A DNA stretch of 64,000 bases from Lingula anatina (taxonomy: Eukaryota > Animalia > Brachiopoda), in contig CM120640.1 in NCBI GenBank assembly GCA_051362555.1, positions 53,546,788 to 53,610,787 on the forward strand. The letters run 5' to 3'. This document shows positions 10,811-55,700 of the stretch, one piece after another. The notes beneath the pieces are model-generated. The model was not told the DNA's origin and did not search any database. It was given only the letters and a program-made list of their open reading frames with translations. Each line of letters starts with the position of its first letter. The first letter of the stretch is position 1. Made by a program: the position numbers and the translations under genes.

Positions 10811-11361
10811 TGTTAAGGTTAACAATTTTTTAAAAAATAAAGTTTTTTAGAAGAATTTTTTCTTTTCTTTTAACAAAATAATAGAATGTTTGTGATTTAG
10901 TAGCATGAGACTTAAATATGTCATTTATCTTATACGTTTTGCAAACGCATTTGTGTTAAGTTTTGCATCCAAAAAATTTGATTTGGCACATATAGGCTCA
11001 TAAAGGGTGGTGATAATGTAACTTCTTTGAGGACTTTTTAATGTAAACTTACTAATAAGTTTATTTGTTTAATTCTATTCCAGACACAATTGGGCTTCGT
11101 CATTTTCATTAATTACTATTATTTTATTTTATAAAACTGGGGGCAGGGCAGCATTTAAAAGAAGCATTGCTTTCTTGGGCAAAAAAATAAACAAAATCAT
11201 CTTATGATAACTTCTAGTGTAGATCTCCGTCCATTCCATTGTTATATGTATTACAGAAAAGATGACAATGGTCTTTAAATTAGTACACTGCTGTAAGCAG
11301 AGACTTACACCAGTGATGTTAAACAGTGGCCTATATGTGCAAAAAGGTTCTGCAAATGACT

Positions 11362-12235
11362 CAGGGATGCTAGTCTTCCGGTTTTTACCGGAATTCCGGT
11401 TTTTTGCGTCCAGTTATAAAATTTTCTGGTACTATATTTTGTTCCGGAATTCTCGTTTTTAACGTGGTCGCGGACTGGACGAACGATGCGTCAGAGGAAC
11501 GTCGCATTTCAACCATTGCGACAGAGCTGCGTTTCAACACAATATCTAGTCACAACCGTAGCACGTGATTTATTTATGGCGCTTGATTGGTTGGAAATGT
11601 AGGCTTTAATGTCGGCACCCATGTGGAAAGTTTTGACACCGCGTGCGCGGAATTTTGAACTAAACCAAACTAAATGGATTTCGCGGAGAGGGGAACAGAC
11701 GATATTAGAAACATCGACATTACTGTCAAAAATAGATTTAGTTGGAGTTGGCTGGAGGAAAAGGACAATAATGACGATTTTTTTTCTACCTATGTTCGGA
11801 AGCGAAAGCCCCCCGGAGAAGCTTGGTGTGTATGGTGCAACGACGTGATCCGGTACGGAAGCAGTGGTAAAAAAGCTCTGAAAAAACATGCTAAAACAAC
11901 TAAGCATGCCAAAGCACGTAGTTGTCTTTACACATTTTTGTTGCTTGGGCATTACCACGAAAGCCATTACCAATCTTTGAAAATGATAAATGAAAGGGAT
12001 TAACATTTAGTGACTATCATTATCATGCTGGTGATTATCAAGCTTACGTGAGGGATCATTACTGTCTACTATGGGTGGTAGGTGTTTATGTACTGATGGC
12101 ACTTCCATCTTGTCAATGTCAAGATTATCCTTGGAAACAACTGTTGAAAATTACCATGAAGTTGTGATGACATATATTGCAATATATTTATTAAATAAAA
12201 TTTGAAATATAGTAATTGTTTCATAATCAATTTGT

Positions 12236-12274
<39 letters not shown>

Positions 12275-12327
12275 TCTTTGCCAAAAAAAAGTTCAGGTTT
12301 TCTTTCCGGACCCCACTAGCATCCCTG
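11362..12327 (+). mobile_element. Internally deleted hAT-like DNA transposon retaining a zinc-finger fragment of the transposase N-terminus
   Basis: TIRs CAGGGATGCTAGT / ACTAGCATCCCTG with 8-bp TSD AAATGACT at 11354-11361 and 12328-12335. ORF 11674-12003 reads FSWSWL...AWCVWCNDVIRYGSSGKKALKKHAKTTKH (BED-like CxxC...H...H). Confidence 0.85.
12237..12273. repeat. Poly(C)/poly(G) tract of 37 nt inside the hAT element
   Basis: Uninterrupted run of C. Confidence 0.95.
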
Positions 12328-12514
12328 AAATGACTGCATTTCACCCATATTTTCATTTTATTCATTCATAGGCTTTAGAAAGTGGGTCCTCTTAAACATC
12401 TTTTAAGACATAAAGAGCATACCCAGCATTCTCTCACTAATTAATTCTCCAAAATCCCATTATTTTCTCTGCCAAATTAATAAACAACTAAATAAGAATA
12501 AACATAAATATCAT

Positions 12515-12520
12515 TTTATT
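12515..12520 (-). terminator. Candidate polyadenylation signal for PLC-epsilon (would imply a 3' UTR of about 2.6 kb)
   Basis: AATAAA on the minus strand followed by U/GU-rich sequence (atttatgtttattcttatttagttgttta). Other AATAAA-like sites exist nearer the stop codon. Confidence 0.35.
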
Positions 12521-15122
12521 GTTTTGATTTAAAATTTACATTTACGTACCCATGGCCATCAGGGAAACTACAATTCCACAGAATTTAAGTTATTGATTCT
12601 AGGAAATTTTAATGCTCCATGGCCCCACATAAACCACATTTCACTTAATGCTATTCATCTGCGAAATTATACTCGTTAGTAGCAAACAGTAATAATTAAG
12701 AATTTTCTTTGAATAAGTTAAATATGTTATTAAATATATGACAGGCATTTCTTGCAATACAGAATGCTAAGTACTAGATTTTCACATATCAAACAAAAGG
12801 ATCATGAACAATGAATATAAAATGGAAATGTCAGAAGCATCCTAATTTCCCAACTTCATTTCAAGTTCTAGATGAGTTGCTATGATACACTGGCAATTAA
12901 ACACATGGTCCCAAGCAAACTTTGCACTATAATGGGATAATTCAAATGCTTCAAAACTTTAAAGCTACATAGAAGTGATTATCATAGCAATTTCTGAATT
13001 AATCAAATCACCAAGACAAGAGTCTGGACACAATTGTGTCTCCATAAACATAAAGGAAGCTTAAAATACATGAATGACATGAGTGGTGGTCTACTGTTTG
13101 GCACAATATGCAAATTATATATTAGGCAATAAGTCTATTAATTTGTGGTACCTAGGGTTTACGACTCACTAGGATTGGTATCAATGTGGTTTGCTGGTCC
13201 AGCAGAAACTACATCTTGTCTAGGTTGATGTACAATTCTCAATGTAAATACAGGCACTACATTTACTAAATGCAGGATTTTTTTTTTCTATTTTTCCCAC
13301 TGTTTGTTAGAATATGTCAGCAATATACATGAGGATTACAATATCTACAGTATCCTTTTACTGATACAGCTTTATCTACTCTTGCAACAATTCAGAGGGC
13401 AATTCCCTCAAATGGTGATATGTATTCTTTAAATAAATATTCACAAACAATTGCACCACATAAAACAAGGTTATTGAAGCACCATTCCCTAGGTTCAGAA
13501 GTGTTAGCTGGCTAATTGGTCAACAGTTAATTTCACCAAAAATCATACAGAAGAAACATCTTCCTAGTGAAATACTAACAATGGAAAAAAGTTCCCTAAG
13601 ATTAAGAGTAACATATCTTACTTCCTGTATAACAAAACCCATTAAATAGGCTTGCTAATTAAGTTCTCCCCTCAGAATCATATCTTTAACCTTTTTTCAA
13701 TTTGTAATAACGTGGATTTCATCAGTCCTAAAGAAAATAAATTCAACTCAAAGAAGTATATCAGTCTCCATTTAGACCAGATAGTACAACAAACCTGTGC
13801 AAGAGACTCCAAGCATAAGGTATGGATTTAACACAAAAGAGGCAAATCTATATGTAGTAAACTTACGTAGAATGTAACTAAACTGGTAACCTGAAATAAT
13901 GAATACTGATTACAATTTTTTGGTGCCCTTTACAAATAATTATCAACAAATGCTTGCATGGCTTTGATCGTCAGTATGAAGTTGACTTTATTCTGACAGA
14001 GAATGCTGGAATGGCTTTTTTTAAATTTTACACAAAAAACTGGAATGCAGTTAGCCCTATATTGATAATATTGCTTATTTTTTGATCTCATGTTGTTCTT
14101 TGCAGTATTGATACTTGATTCAAACTGGCATGAGCAAAATATACAATTTACTAATTAATGAAAGAAAACAGACTTTAGTCAACAAAATAAACTTACTGTT
14201 ATTCAGCTGTACTTAACATAAACAAAATGGCAATAAAAAGGTAAGAAAATCATCAATTGAAGCATACTTTTAAGGAGAGTCATCTGCCAAAATATTTAAT
14301 AGTAGTACGCTTTGATGAAAATTTAAACATACAAGTAGACATTTTACAAAAGTCTTGAAAATCAGTCCTGCCTACACTGCTGCTTCAAAATCCAATAAAA
14401 ATATTTATTATGATTTAGACATAAGGATATTTTGTCATTTTTTAAATATATAAACCTTAATGTTTATAAAGAAATGAGATAATAATTACAGTCCGAAGTT
14501 CACATACAATATACACTGGTTGTCACATTTTTCATTTCAAATTAAAAATTTAAATGTTTGGAATACCTAGGCCATAATTTTATATTCCTCTACATTGCTT
14601 GTTAAAATTCCAAACAAACTGACAAATATAATTATCAATTTTATTAACACTGCTTATGCTTATAAGTCTCTATGTTGATTGGGCTGGACAGAAACTGTAT
14701 ATATAAAAAGGCATACACAGGGTAAAGTTTTGTTTCAAAACAGTAATTGATAAAACCAATGCTGGACTTTTAAAATATTGGGCCTCCAGATGAATAAATT
14801 TGAACTTAACTTTGGCACCAATCTGAGACCAATAATAATAATAATAATAATAAAAACCTTATTAGACTTTGTGCTATAATAACTGGATTCAAGTTAATAA
14901 GTACCATTATTTTCTATAGCAGCACCCATAATCTGTGCCTATTATTATATATAGCACAGTTAAAACATGAGAAAAGAAATTTCTATATGAACAATGTCAT
15001 ATTTTTGTCCATAATTGTAAGTTTGCTGAGCTATTTCAGCAGAGTATTTCATAATGGACTGAGGTACAGAAAGCAGTTCTAAACTATAGCCTCTGAATAA
15101 GCATTGTGGCATTACCAGAGGA

Positions 15123-45227
<30,105 letters not shown>

Positions 45228-46854
45228 CTGAAAATACACAAATTTAAAGTAGGACCATATAAAATGACCTAATATTTTAAAAATTTCTCTTCTCTTAGTT
45301 CTGCATCCTCTATATCAATGGCAAAGCAATGGCAAAGCAAATCTTTTACATCAATTCTTATTGTTAATACTACTTTTATCTGTAATCGTTCATTGCTGCA
45401 TCAACATTTATTACAATACTCACATGTTTACTGACAATACCTAACTTATGGCCATTCCAATATATTGTCTTTTAAGACTGATTGGATGCCCCACCTATTT
45501 ATTCTCAGCGCAACATCCTGCAGATGCTATTAACACAGAAATGTATATAATCCCATTCTGTCTCATCGAACATGAAGTGTGTCATATTTCATGCAAAATC
45601 TCACTCTTATAGTTTTCTGATAGATATTACCATCTGCAAGAATACTCTTCTCTATGGCCTCCCCAAGGTTTGCAACAATTAATTCACTGAACAAATATTA
45701 TAATTTTAGTAAAAACATTTCCTGAGTCCAACAGCAGTAACCTTTCATCTGCACATCAAATACTGACATAACATCACAAAACTAAAACATCAGCCCCACC
45801 TAAGCAACACGACATCATGATAAAGCCCAGATTAAACAAATACTATCAATTTCGCCTGTATGCCCTACATCTAGTTTGAAAAAAAAAGCAGTTCCAACAG
45901 TACTGTATACAAAATCTACCTGTCTTGTGGCTGCCATGCATGCTTTTTCTCCACACACACAGCAGTTTGAACACCTCCTAGCCCATGTCAACTGTGCCAT
46001 GTGCCGTCTGCTCAATCTGTGCCACAGAGCAGTTCCTGGACAGATGGCAGCATATTTGATTGTCAATTCATCCCAGGTATTTATGATGCCAGTAAAATCA
46101 GGCAGGTATCGTTTATCAACAATCAACCACTAAGAAGACGGTTGACTTACCACTATGAACAAATATTAGTTTTACCGTTGGTTCTTAAGTAAACTTCTGT
46201 GTTGTTATCAGCAGATACTTATCTTCCATCTGTGTTATGACCTATTGTATGAATTGTGTACATATAAAAAATGCTAACTGTTTGAGCATATTTATGTTCT
46301 TAAGGATTATGATTTAATTTTTCAATTTAGCCACAACTGAAGAATGTGCAATATGACTGAATATTTCTTGTATTAATTGTTATTCTTTTTTTTTATTATT
46401 CAATTTATGCTTTACAGAAATTACTAAATCTTTTTAATTGGGAAAAATGTGAATTTTACACATACTGTATTTTTTAAATCATAATTTCTCAAAATAAGTG
46501 CATTCCTATTGGGTGGTAGCAAAGATATTAAAAAGCAGGCTACTCTATAGTTCCTTTCTATGCAGTGAAAGCGCTACACAGGCTATAAAGAAATATAATT
46601 ATTTGTGATTATAAAATTATGTATCTGAAAGTTTGAAAATTTTTACCCATTGAAAAAATTGTGTAATTACCATGCTTCATTTTTTTAAGCAATCAATCAA
46701 TTCCTTCAAAGACGAACAGCAAAGCTTGTAAATGCACCCATCAAATTTAACAAAATCCAAATTAAATATACATATATACTAAGACATTGGCTAGATTGTG
46801 GAAAGAGGGAGGACAATCTTGATGTATCTTTATAGAGAGAGACTGAAGAGGCTT

Positions 46855-46988
46855 CAGGGATGAGGCTAGTCCTCACTGAAAAAGTAGGAAAATTGGCCAG
46901 GGGTCCAGGGTACACGGTTCACAAGAATGACCCAAATGACCCTGAAAAAGTCAGAATTCCGACAAAAGTTAGAAAAGTCTCATCAGTG
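46855..46988. mobile_element. Short hAT-like MITE with 6-bp TSD AGGCTT
   Basis: cagggatgag / ctcatcagtg termini; aggctt at 46849-46854 and 46989-46994. Confidence 0.6.
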
Positions 46989-49900
46989 AGGCTTATAATT
47001 TCTTAGCGTCCCCCTTCCCATGCATACACATACCCATAGCATTAATTCAGTAATAGTCAAGATTAACTGTAAAAGACTAACATATTATATGTCTGACATA
47101 TTTAAGCATCAAAAAGTCATGAACACAAGGTTGCTATACAATATGGCAGCCAATTCAATATGGCATCTTGTTTTGACATAAATCCAATTATTATTATTCA
47201 CTAACATGTTTGGCTTAATGTTATCATTTTTCAAACAAAAACATGAAATTTGGTTAAACTACTTTCTCTCTTTCTAGTGAAAGCAAAGTATATATAGTAA
47301 ATGCATTTACAAGCAAATGTCTGTAAGAATCAAATTTGAAGCAATAGGTATCAGACAAAATTCCTTCATTTTTTATAGATCTTGTTCTCAAACCTTGTGC
47401 CTAAACCATCATTTCTACTGTGCTCCTTTAGTAACAGATGAAACTTGGATTTTTGGCCAATCTTATAAAGTAGGAGGAGCTGAAAATCTTGAAATTGGCA
47501 GATTTCATTACCTTATTTCCAAGAAAATCTACATGACTTTTGGAAATACATCAATCATATTTTCTTGTGACAAAATGTCATTCAGTGGTTTGATGTCCAT
47601 TTTATATCATCTATGCAAAACATTAAGAAATTTTTGAAAAATGTTAAGAGAATATATATCCCAGAATAATGCTTTTTTAGCTTCGAATTCCTTTTCATGT
47701 GGACCACACCTTTGGTAATTCATAGAAAGGATTAAAGTCTGCCAACAATGTGTATTTAAATTTTGAATTTCTATTATATTTGGTGCCATAAGTCAATCAT
47801 ATTTGACATCACTGGCCTTGAGAGCAGTTAAAATGCTGACTAATATATGCACACAAATTAATTATATATAGGTCTTAATGAACTAATGAACAACTATTCT
47901 CAAAATTAGGCAAGTTCTCAGGATTTTGATGTTTTCCTACTATACTGTTTGCAAGTCACTATAAGTTCCTTCTTTTCAGGACTGACTCTTTAGTCAGAAT
48001 ATGAAAATAATCTTTATATTTTTTATCACAATCTCAAAATGCCAGTACCAGGCTATACCATTTGTCAGCCTGGCAGAAAAATCAAATAGAAAAAGATGCA
48101 TATACACTGTCAATAAATTAAAATTTCCAAACAAAATGGAAAAGTAAGGTACTGTTACAGCAAATGTGATAGTGCCAGGCCAAGTCATAACACGATTGCA
48201 CTATCTTCTCACATAAACTATTCTGAAACCTTGGAGCCATTTTGCCATTTTAAAGTTCTGGCTGATAAGTGTGCACATCAGTTGGCATATGCAGATAAGT
48301 ATGACCATACTTTTAAAGACCAATCAAATCTTTGAATCTCATGCCGTGCAGTCATATTGGGCATGGAATCAAACAGCAACCTTACTGGTCCAAATGTATT
48401 TAGAAAGAACAATGGTTATTTATAGTGAAATATGTGGTAAAAACTGGTAATTACTGACAGAATCCCAAATGCAATGGCTGCCGACAAATACATTATGGTG
48501 TTAGCCAATTTAACATGGCTATATTCACAAAAGCACCTTACCAGCTTTATTTAATCATTTATCTTTTCTACTAAAGGAAATGAAAAAAGATGTTTTATAT
48601 CTTCCCCTAAGCTATTCTCTGATTTCCATAAGGTTTCATTGTTCCCAATGTTAACTTTTCTTCTACACAATTGAAAAAGTTAAATGCACTTTATTTTCCT
48701 CTTCTATTTTTTAAAATTTTTACCTTGAATTATTAGAAATATGAATCTATAAGAACTATAAAACCAACATACACATATTACTTCACTTTTGTCATGTTTA
48801 AAGAATGATTAAGAAAGCAATGGCACTGCAGTTATGATCCTTCTTACAGTATAAATTGAGCAAGTTATCCATATATATACATTCTTTTCCATGGCTACAG
48901 CAGCTTTGAAATGCTAATCTCTTTTCACGCTACTGCACACATAACCTAAATAGGATGCATACCATAGAAGTGGTTTCTCTAATGAACATTACAGGACATT
49001 ATAGCAATGTGGCTTCAGGTGGCCTTTCATATAAGGGGCTGGGTTGGTTGATGGTACTTTGAAACTTTTTAGCTAACATCAATACCCAATTCAGAATAGC
49101 AGACCTTGTCTAGAGTAAGTCAATAATTCATTATGCTTTTAATTTTAAAAAATAAGAGTGATCATCAGTGTTATTGCCATGAATAGCAGGAGGGCAAAGA
49201 ATTTTTATTAATTTTTTTCACACACAAATGATTCACCTAACAAGAAAACACTTCTTATAAATACAATCTTAATCCTAAAATCCCTTTGGTAAAGAGTCCT
49301 CACTATTGTACTTGTCTAGAGAACACATTTTCCTCCCAATCCAAGTCCTCAAGAAAACCATGTACTCAGTACTACAGTAATAGGCAGATGTCTAATGACC
49401 ATCATGATCATTGAGAGCTGTGCCAAAAGTGAGATGAGAAACCCTCGAGATTGAATGTATATGATCCACTGTAGCATTGATGGGTATGGAAATGGGAAAA
49501 CTACAAGTCTTTATGTGCACTGATAAATCACACTTGGACCATTACCTCTTAGGCATACCAGACACATGCACAACCACCCTTTAATCTACTGGGATAACTT
49601 TTCAAGGTTATACAGAAGAAATGAAATAGCGAAATTGTCAAAAAGAAATACATGAAATCATTTTATTAGGCACGAGTTAGTGAGGTGTTGATAAAAGATG
49701 ACTATGTGCTCACTTTCACAGTGTCACAAGATTTATGTTCACAATGCCAATTAATATGCGTGTTCCACCATTTGAATGTCTTGGGCCATCTTGTATGCCC
49801 AAGCCGTTTGCATACATTAGCTAGGGTATTTGCCATCGATTTCACATAACGGAGGCAGATTACTCAGCTGTACGCCATTTTCTCGAGCGGTGACACACCA

Positions 49901-51085
49901 TGCTGCACAAGCTCTCGATTTTGTTGAAAAAATTTTGACACTCGTAAGATTTCTGTACAGGAGAGCAGTATATCTAAAGTTTGGTCATAGAAACAGTATG
50001 CGGAGAAATATAAACAAGAAAAGAAAAGTTGCCGCAACAGCGACAGTTTTTGGCGAATAACAGATGGAAATGCGAATTTGGAATTCATTTTTACACATTG
50101 CTGTAGGGAAGGTTTGTATTTCAGAAAATTTCCTCAAAAGTCAGTACAATGACAAACTGAATCAAGAGAGGATTAACAAATTATCAGTGGAAAGGAGTAT
50201 CTGCTTAGGAGAGATTGTTCAGTTGGTAGTGAATGAGTTTAAAGGCTTCATCAATGTCCACTGGAAAATGAAGTCTTTCTGGTCATTCTCTACTGATGTG
50301 GATATTACCATCAAACTTGTGATTACGAGAGTGAAAGCCATGACAACAGGACATAATGTGGGAGGTGACATGTTGAGTATGGAAAGTAGAACTGATTTTT
50401 TCCATGCATGTACAACTAATGGTGCTCTAGACTGCTACACAAAAGAGAGAAGAAAAAAAACTAAACTTCCAAATAGATAAGTAGATAGATAGTTGTATAT
50501 AGTATTATATTTAAACTGTTCCACAACCAATGCAAGAAATATAAAGAACACACCTGAAGATTTTCAATGAAATGGTAATACTAATATTTCTCTATCACAA
50601 TGAGTGTTAATTACAATTATAAGGTGCAGATAATTGTGGAAATCTTTGAACTGCAACACAGGTAACATAACAAATAGAGTCACAGACCACTAATGGCTTG
50701 TGAATGCTTCTATGCATAATTTTCATTTTAGCTTTGTCAGTTGTCCTCCTGAAAGCTTGCAAATATTGCTCCTTCTATAAGATCCCTTTCATTAAAATAC
50801 ATATGAACCAGACAAGATGGGTGTTAATGTTTGTCCTATTTAATAATTCTCAGCAGGGCCATAATCATGTAACAACCACACAGCACATTATGCGAACACT
50901 GTGGAAAAGTGCCATTTCGTTCCTGTCTGAGACACCTCGATAATTGCTCTATATGGGCCATTAATTTCTGCAAATTTGGCAAATTAACCATTGAAAAGTT
51001 GAAATGCCTGTGAAAGCTGCATTTAAATTTGTTTCTGCATAATACATTTTATTTTTCCAGCATGAGTAAAATATCATAAAGCCTT

Positions 51086-51537
51086 TTTAGTCATGTAGTG
51101 ATAATGATCAGTTGCTTTGGAACAAAATACTTAAAAAGAGCCATGGTTCTTACATGTCACAAGAGCATCATCAGGATGAATGTTCTTTCACAGGTCAACC
51201 AATACCTAACGACCTGTGGGCAATTGGCTTGATGATGCTCTTCTGAGGCCATTCAGATCAGAAGATCCGAGGACCTTCTGATCCACGGATCAAATATGGC
51301 GTACCCTTCATGGCGTACCCCTTGCAGGGGTCTGGCACATGTACCTCGGAGCCGTGATTTAATCCATTTAATGGTGCGTGTGGAGGCAGAGAGACCATCA
51401 GCAGATTAGTAGGCTCTCCATTTATGTAGGGTCTGCCATATTTGATCTGTTCTGAATGGGCTCTATGACAAGAGCAAAATGTAGCTGTTCATAAATATTT
51501 TGTTCCAAAGTAAATTATTACTATCACTAAATAAAAA
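51086..51537. mobile_element. Composite inverted-repeat element(s)
   Basis: Outer arms tagtgata...ctttggaacaaaata / tattttgttccaaag...tatcacta. An inner hairpin aagagcatcatca / tgatgatgctctt spans 51161-51242. An inner MITE-like ggccattcagatcaga / tctgttctgaatggg spans 51247-51461. Confidence 0.55.
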
Positions 51538-52706
51538 TCCTTGGAACTATGAACAATCTTATTGATAATCATAAAGCCTTATATCTTATATTGTAACTTA
51601 AGAGAATTAATGCCCTTTTTCTATGGTATTTTTTCAAGGGATGTAACTTTATGCCAAATGTGTGTCAATATCCTATTGACATTTAGATGTAATCATTTGG
51701 GTTTTTGGTTAAAAAACATTACTATTCTCAATATTCAAGAATTCCCAAGAATGCCTTCATACAGATTTTATGCCTCATGTAAAAACAGAGTAGCTTGTTT
51801 AAAAAACACTTCAAATAGAAGTTGAAATTGTCTTATTACTTATTTTACTTGTTTGTGACAATAATGTTTTTTTATGCAACAGCCTCAACTAAATGTTGCA
51901 TTTATTTATAATACTCTACAATAAAGCTTTTGAAAATCCAATGGCAAACATGGTCATGCTTAAATTGACACTTTTGAGTACAGGCCTTACAATTACTGTA
52001 ACTAGCTGTTTGCGAAATTGGGCTTTTATAATGCCCAAATCAACAACTCAAACCATGATTTCATGGCACTATCGTAAAATTAGCAGCCACAAGCACTGTG
52101 CTACAAAAGACAAACCGTTAATCCGCTCACTTATCCAAGCTGTATGTACAGAGATTAACAAGAGCACATTAGTGGCGTATAAATATGCAGTATAGATAGT
52201 TCAGTACAGATACATTAGTTTGATTTGTTTGAGGCTTTTTATTTCTTTTTTGTTCATGAGCCCTGTTAAAAATTTAATATTACAGTCATTTACAAGTATG
52301 GGGTGAATATTAACTTTGGAATGCATTTTAGTATATAAAATTGCTGAAGGACCAACTGACAAACAAGACAATATAGCACTACATTATCTGCCCTTATTGG
52401 AAATTAGTTACATTTTACCAATAAACACTTCTGACTTCAAAGAAGGCAAATTCTAGAAATAATACTTGCATTTTTTTATCGATTTTAAAAAAATCACATT
52501 AGCAACCTAATTTGAGTGTTTGAGTGCTTGAAGACTTCAGTGCTGTAAGAGAAGATGGATGTTCCACATACTTTACACTATATATTATACAAATTTATTA
52601 TATAAAAATTTTCCATTTAAATAAATTGTGCTAAGTTAATATGTTCCATGTGTTGTTTTGTTGTAATTTACCACTTCTTATTTTGTTGTTTTTATTGCTT
52701 ACTTTT

Positions 52707-52740
52707 CATATCATATCATATCATATCATATCATATCATA
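52707..52740. repeat. (CATAT)n pentanucleotide microsatellite
   Basis: catatcatatcatat repeats. Confidence 0.85.
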
Positions 52741-55700
52741 CAAAACTAAATCCAAAGTGAAGCCATGTCACCATATAATCCAATTGTAAAATCATGTCCA
52801 CCTTTTAGGCTGAAATGCTTAACACACCGTGAAAGTCTTTATACAGCAAACATTAAATCTTAGTGCTTCAGCTGTATCACTACATTTTTGAGAAATTGAC
52901 AACTTAATGGCCTGGCTATTAAATAAGAGAGCCACCCCCAATCAACATCACCAACTGATCCACTTAAAGGTATCCTATCCCAGATTTTTGAAGCAAATTA
53001 AATTTTCCTTGGGAAAAAAGGAATTTTCTCTTCACAAACCATTGCTTAACCCATTTGTACACTATGCTTTATACCTTTTCTAATCTAATAATTTAGTTCT
53101 AAATGACTGGCCAGACATTTAGATTGTCATGTCTCTCTGTACATTTCAGAAAGAAATATCAACATCAGGTACTTTTTTTGAGGGGTTTTATTGCTATTAA
53201 GGTCTGAATTGGGATAGATAATAGCTTTTCGGGATTTATAGATAAAGAAAATATGACCTTGGGATATCTACAAATCAAAAGTGTACAGTATACCTTGTCA
53301 AGTTTCCTATAGCATAATGACATGATCATAACCTCTCAAAACATCAAAACCAGTACAGCATTATTGCTAATTAAGTCTAATTTGTCTGGTGTAAATGAAT
53401 CAAAACAGTTATTTTGTGACAATGTTTTTCAGTTTTCTTATAATCACTGTAATCTCTAAATTTCACCCATTAAAATGAATTCTTCTACAACATTTTGGAG
53501 CAACAAAATGAAAACAAAAAAAAAACATGGCATCTAGGAAAGCTTGCTGCACAGTCAAACATCAAACAACCTTTTCATGGCATTTCCAAGAACATTATAA
53601 TAGAAATTAGCATGAAAATAAAACATATGCAGTTATTTTCATTGCAAAAAAAGTTCCAATTATTTTCATTCCAATTTTCGCAGTTCACTTAGTTAAACAA
53701 AGCTCACCTAACACACTGGCTGTGATACTCATTTGTCCACTCTTTATGTATAATCAAATATAATGCACAACACTACAAAGGAAGTTGGTGCTGTTTGTTT
53801 AAAGACAGACTTTCTGTCTCAAGATATTAAAAAACATCTAAACATACGTAAGTGTAATAGAAATAAAGGAAGCAGATGAAGCTGAATCAGATTCACAAAT
53901 CGCAGTACCTGCAAAAGCACATAACTTTTGTTTAATTCTGATGGATTTAAAAAATTGTAAAATATTTAATCTATGTTAGCTTGGATCATACTCAATTTTC
54001 ACATATACACACAACATTTGTAAAAAGAAGGCATGCTTAGCCAGCTAATGCAAATTGGATTAAACATAAACTAAAATCAATCAATAGCTGCAATGTCTCA
54101 ATATTAAGATAACTCGGTTATTTTCAGATCAATCAAAAAGCAATTTTATCATTATACATTACTGGAACATTACTTGTTAAAATCATTGATTTTTTTTGTT
54201 TGTTTGTTTTAGACTGTATCAGCATGCTAGCTCTGGTGCCAATTAATGACTCCACTGTTAATGAACTTTCATATATAATCAACAAACATTTTTTTTCCAG
54301 TTTTCTAAATTATGCATTTGCCCAGACACAATATTAAGGCGATTTTAGGTGGTCACAAAACATACACATGAAAGATAGGTTAACCCAGATGACATATGCA
54401 GAAAAATAGGGTTTTAGTGAGCAATATAAATAAATTAATAATCAACTTGCTGTTTTAAATCTGGTTTTCTGAAATCTGTGTATGTGGCTCTCAAATCTGT
54501 ATTTGTGGCTAAAAAAGTTGTTATATCTGTTTCAAGTAATCAAATTACTTCCAATGCTCAATTATTTCATTTTTACCAGAAGGAAATATGCAAAGGATGC
54601 ATGTAACTGCTAGCTTGGCATAACCCCAAGTGAAGAGAAAGTGGTCCAAAATATAGTATAAGAAGGATATCTATGAGTTTGGAATACTAGTGATACTACA
54701 TAAGTTTTAAAAATTGCTGCAGAATCCAGCAAATAAATGAAGTAAAAATTGAAGTCTCTTTATAATGTGTTAAGAACAGGTCTGATGTAAACTGGGCTAA
54801 CTGACATTATCTAAAAGTTAAAAAGAAACCCTACACATTCCAATACCTCTATTTCAGTCACTATCCATAAACCTTAACTAAGCCAACTAAGCTTCTTTTT
54901 CACAGCTTCTGACACATGAAAATGTTTTGATGGGAGGGGAGGCAGAAAACATTGAGTACACTTAAACACCGCCAGGTTTGCTACCATTTAAGATAGGGAG
55001 CATATCTGTCCTGCTAAAGGTAATGTAGGTTAGACATAACGGCTGACAAAATATGTCAGGCATATGAAAATAAAAAGAGACCCCATAGCTCCCCACAGTG
55101 CCCGGGAATTCTACGATCAGTGTTAAGTGGTTGTCTGATAACCTCTGCCTGGTTTTGATCAGACCAGTGATTTCGATATTGATTTTTATAAATAACATGT
55201 TTAATTTGCATTTCATTTTTTTTTTTTTTGCAGAAAATTACCCCCAAATACTGATTCAAATTTAAAAATTGGCATCTCCTTTGAAAAAATATATGCAGCC
55301 TTTTATTATCTTTCTAAAATGAAACTTTTTTGACAATTTTGTGATACTGCAAGTTAGTGTTTGTGGTGACTCACCCCTATCACCCCTCTTCTCCTGTGTC
55401 TGTCCCGCCACCACCATTTCCTGTGTACTCTTGCTGTCACCAGGGTAGGAGGTGTGACATTGTACACTGCACCACTGTCACCACTATCACTATCTACATT
55501 ATTACTGCTACTGTTAAGTAACATCATAACCCCATATATCACCATCACCCAGCTGTCGACAGAATGAAGATCACCAGTGTCAAGTCCTCCCCCATATTTT
55601 CCTTTCCGACTTCTCACGTTTCACTAGTGACTGATGGATGTCTACTACAATGTACAGTACTCCCAGTGGTGATTCATTCACAGGGAAGTTTCCATATACC

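Noticed and set aside
49740-50100. CpG-rich patch, possibly a transposon or promoter
   Set aside because: I could not define TIRs, a TSD or motifs, so it is left uncalled.
50180-50480. Possible FERM F1/F2 junction exon (minus-strand RLHFPVDIDEAFKLIHYQ) and plus-strand ORF 50064-50480
   Set aside because: The suggestive peptide is bounded by in-frame stops and has no donor after YQ. The plus-strand ORF has no recognisable motif. At most this is an untranslated exon.
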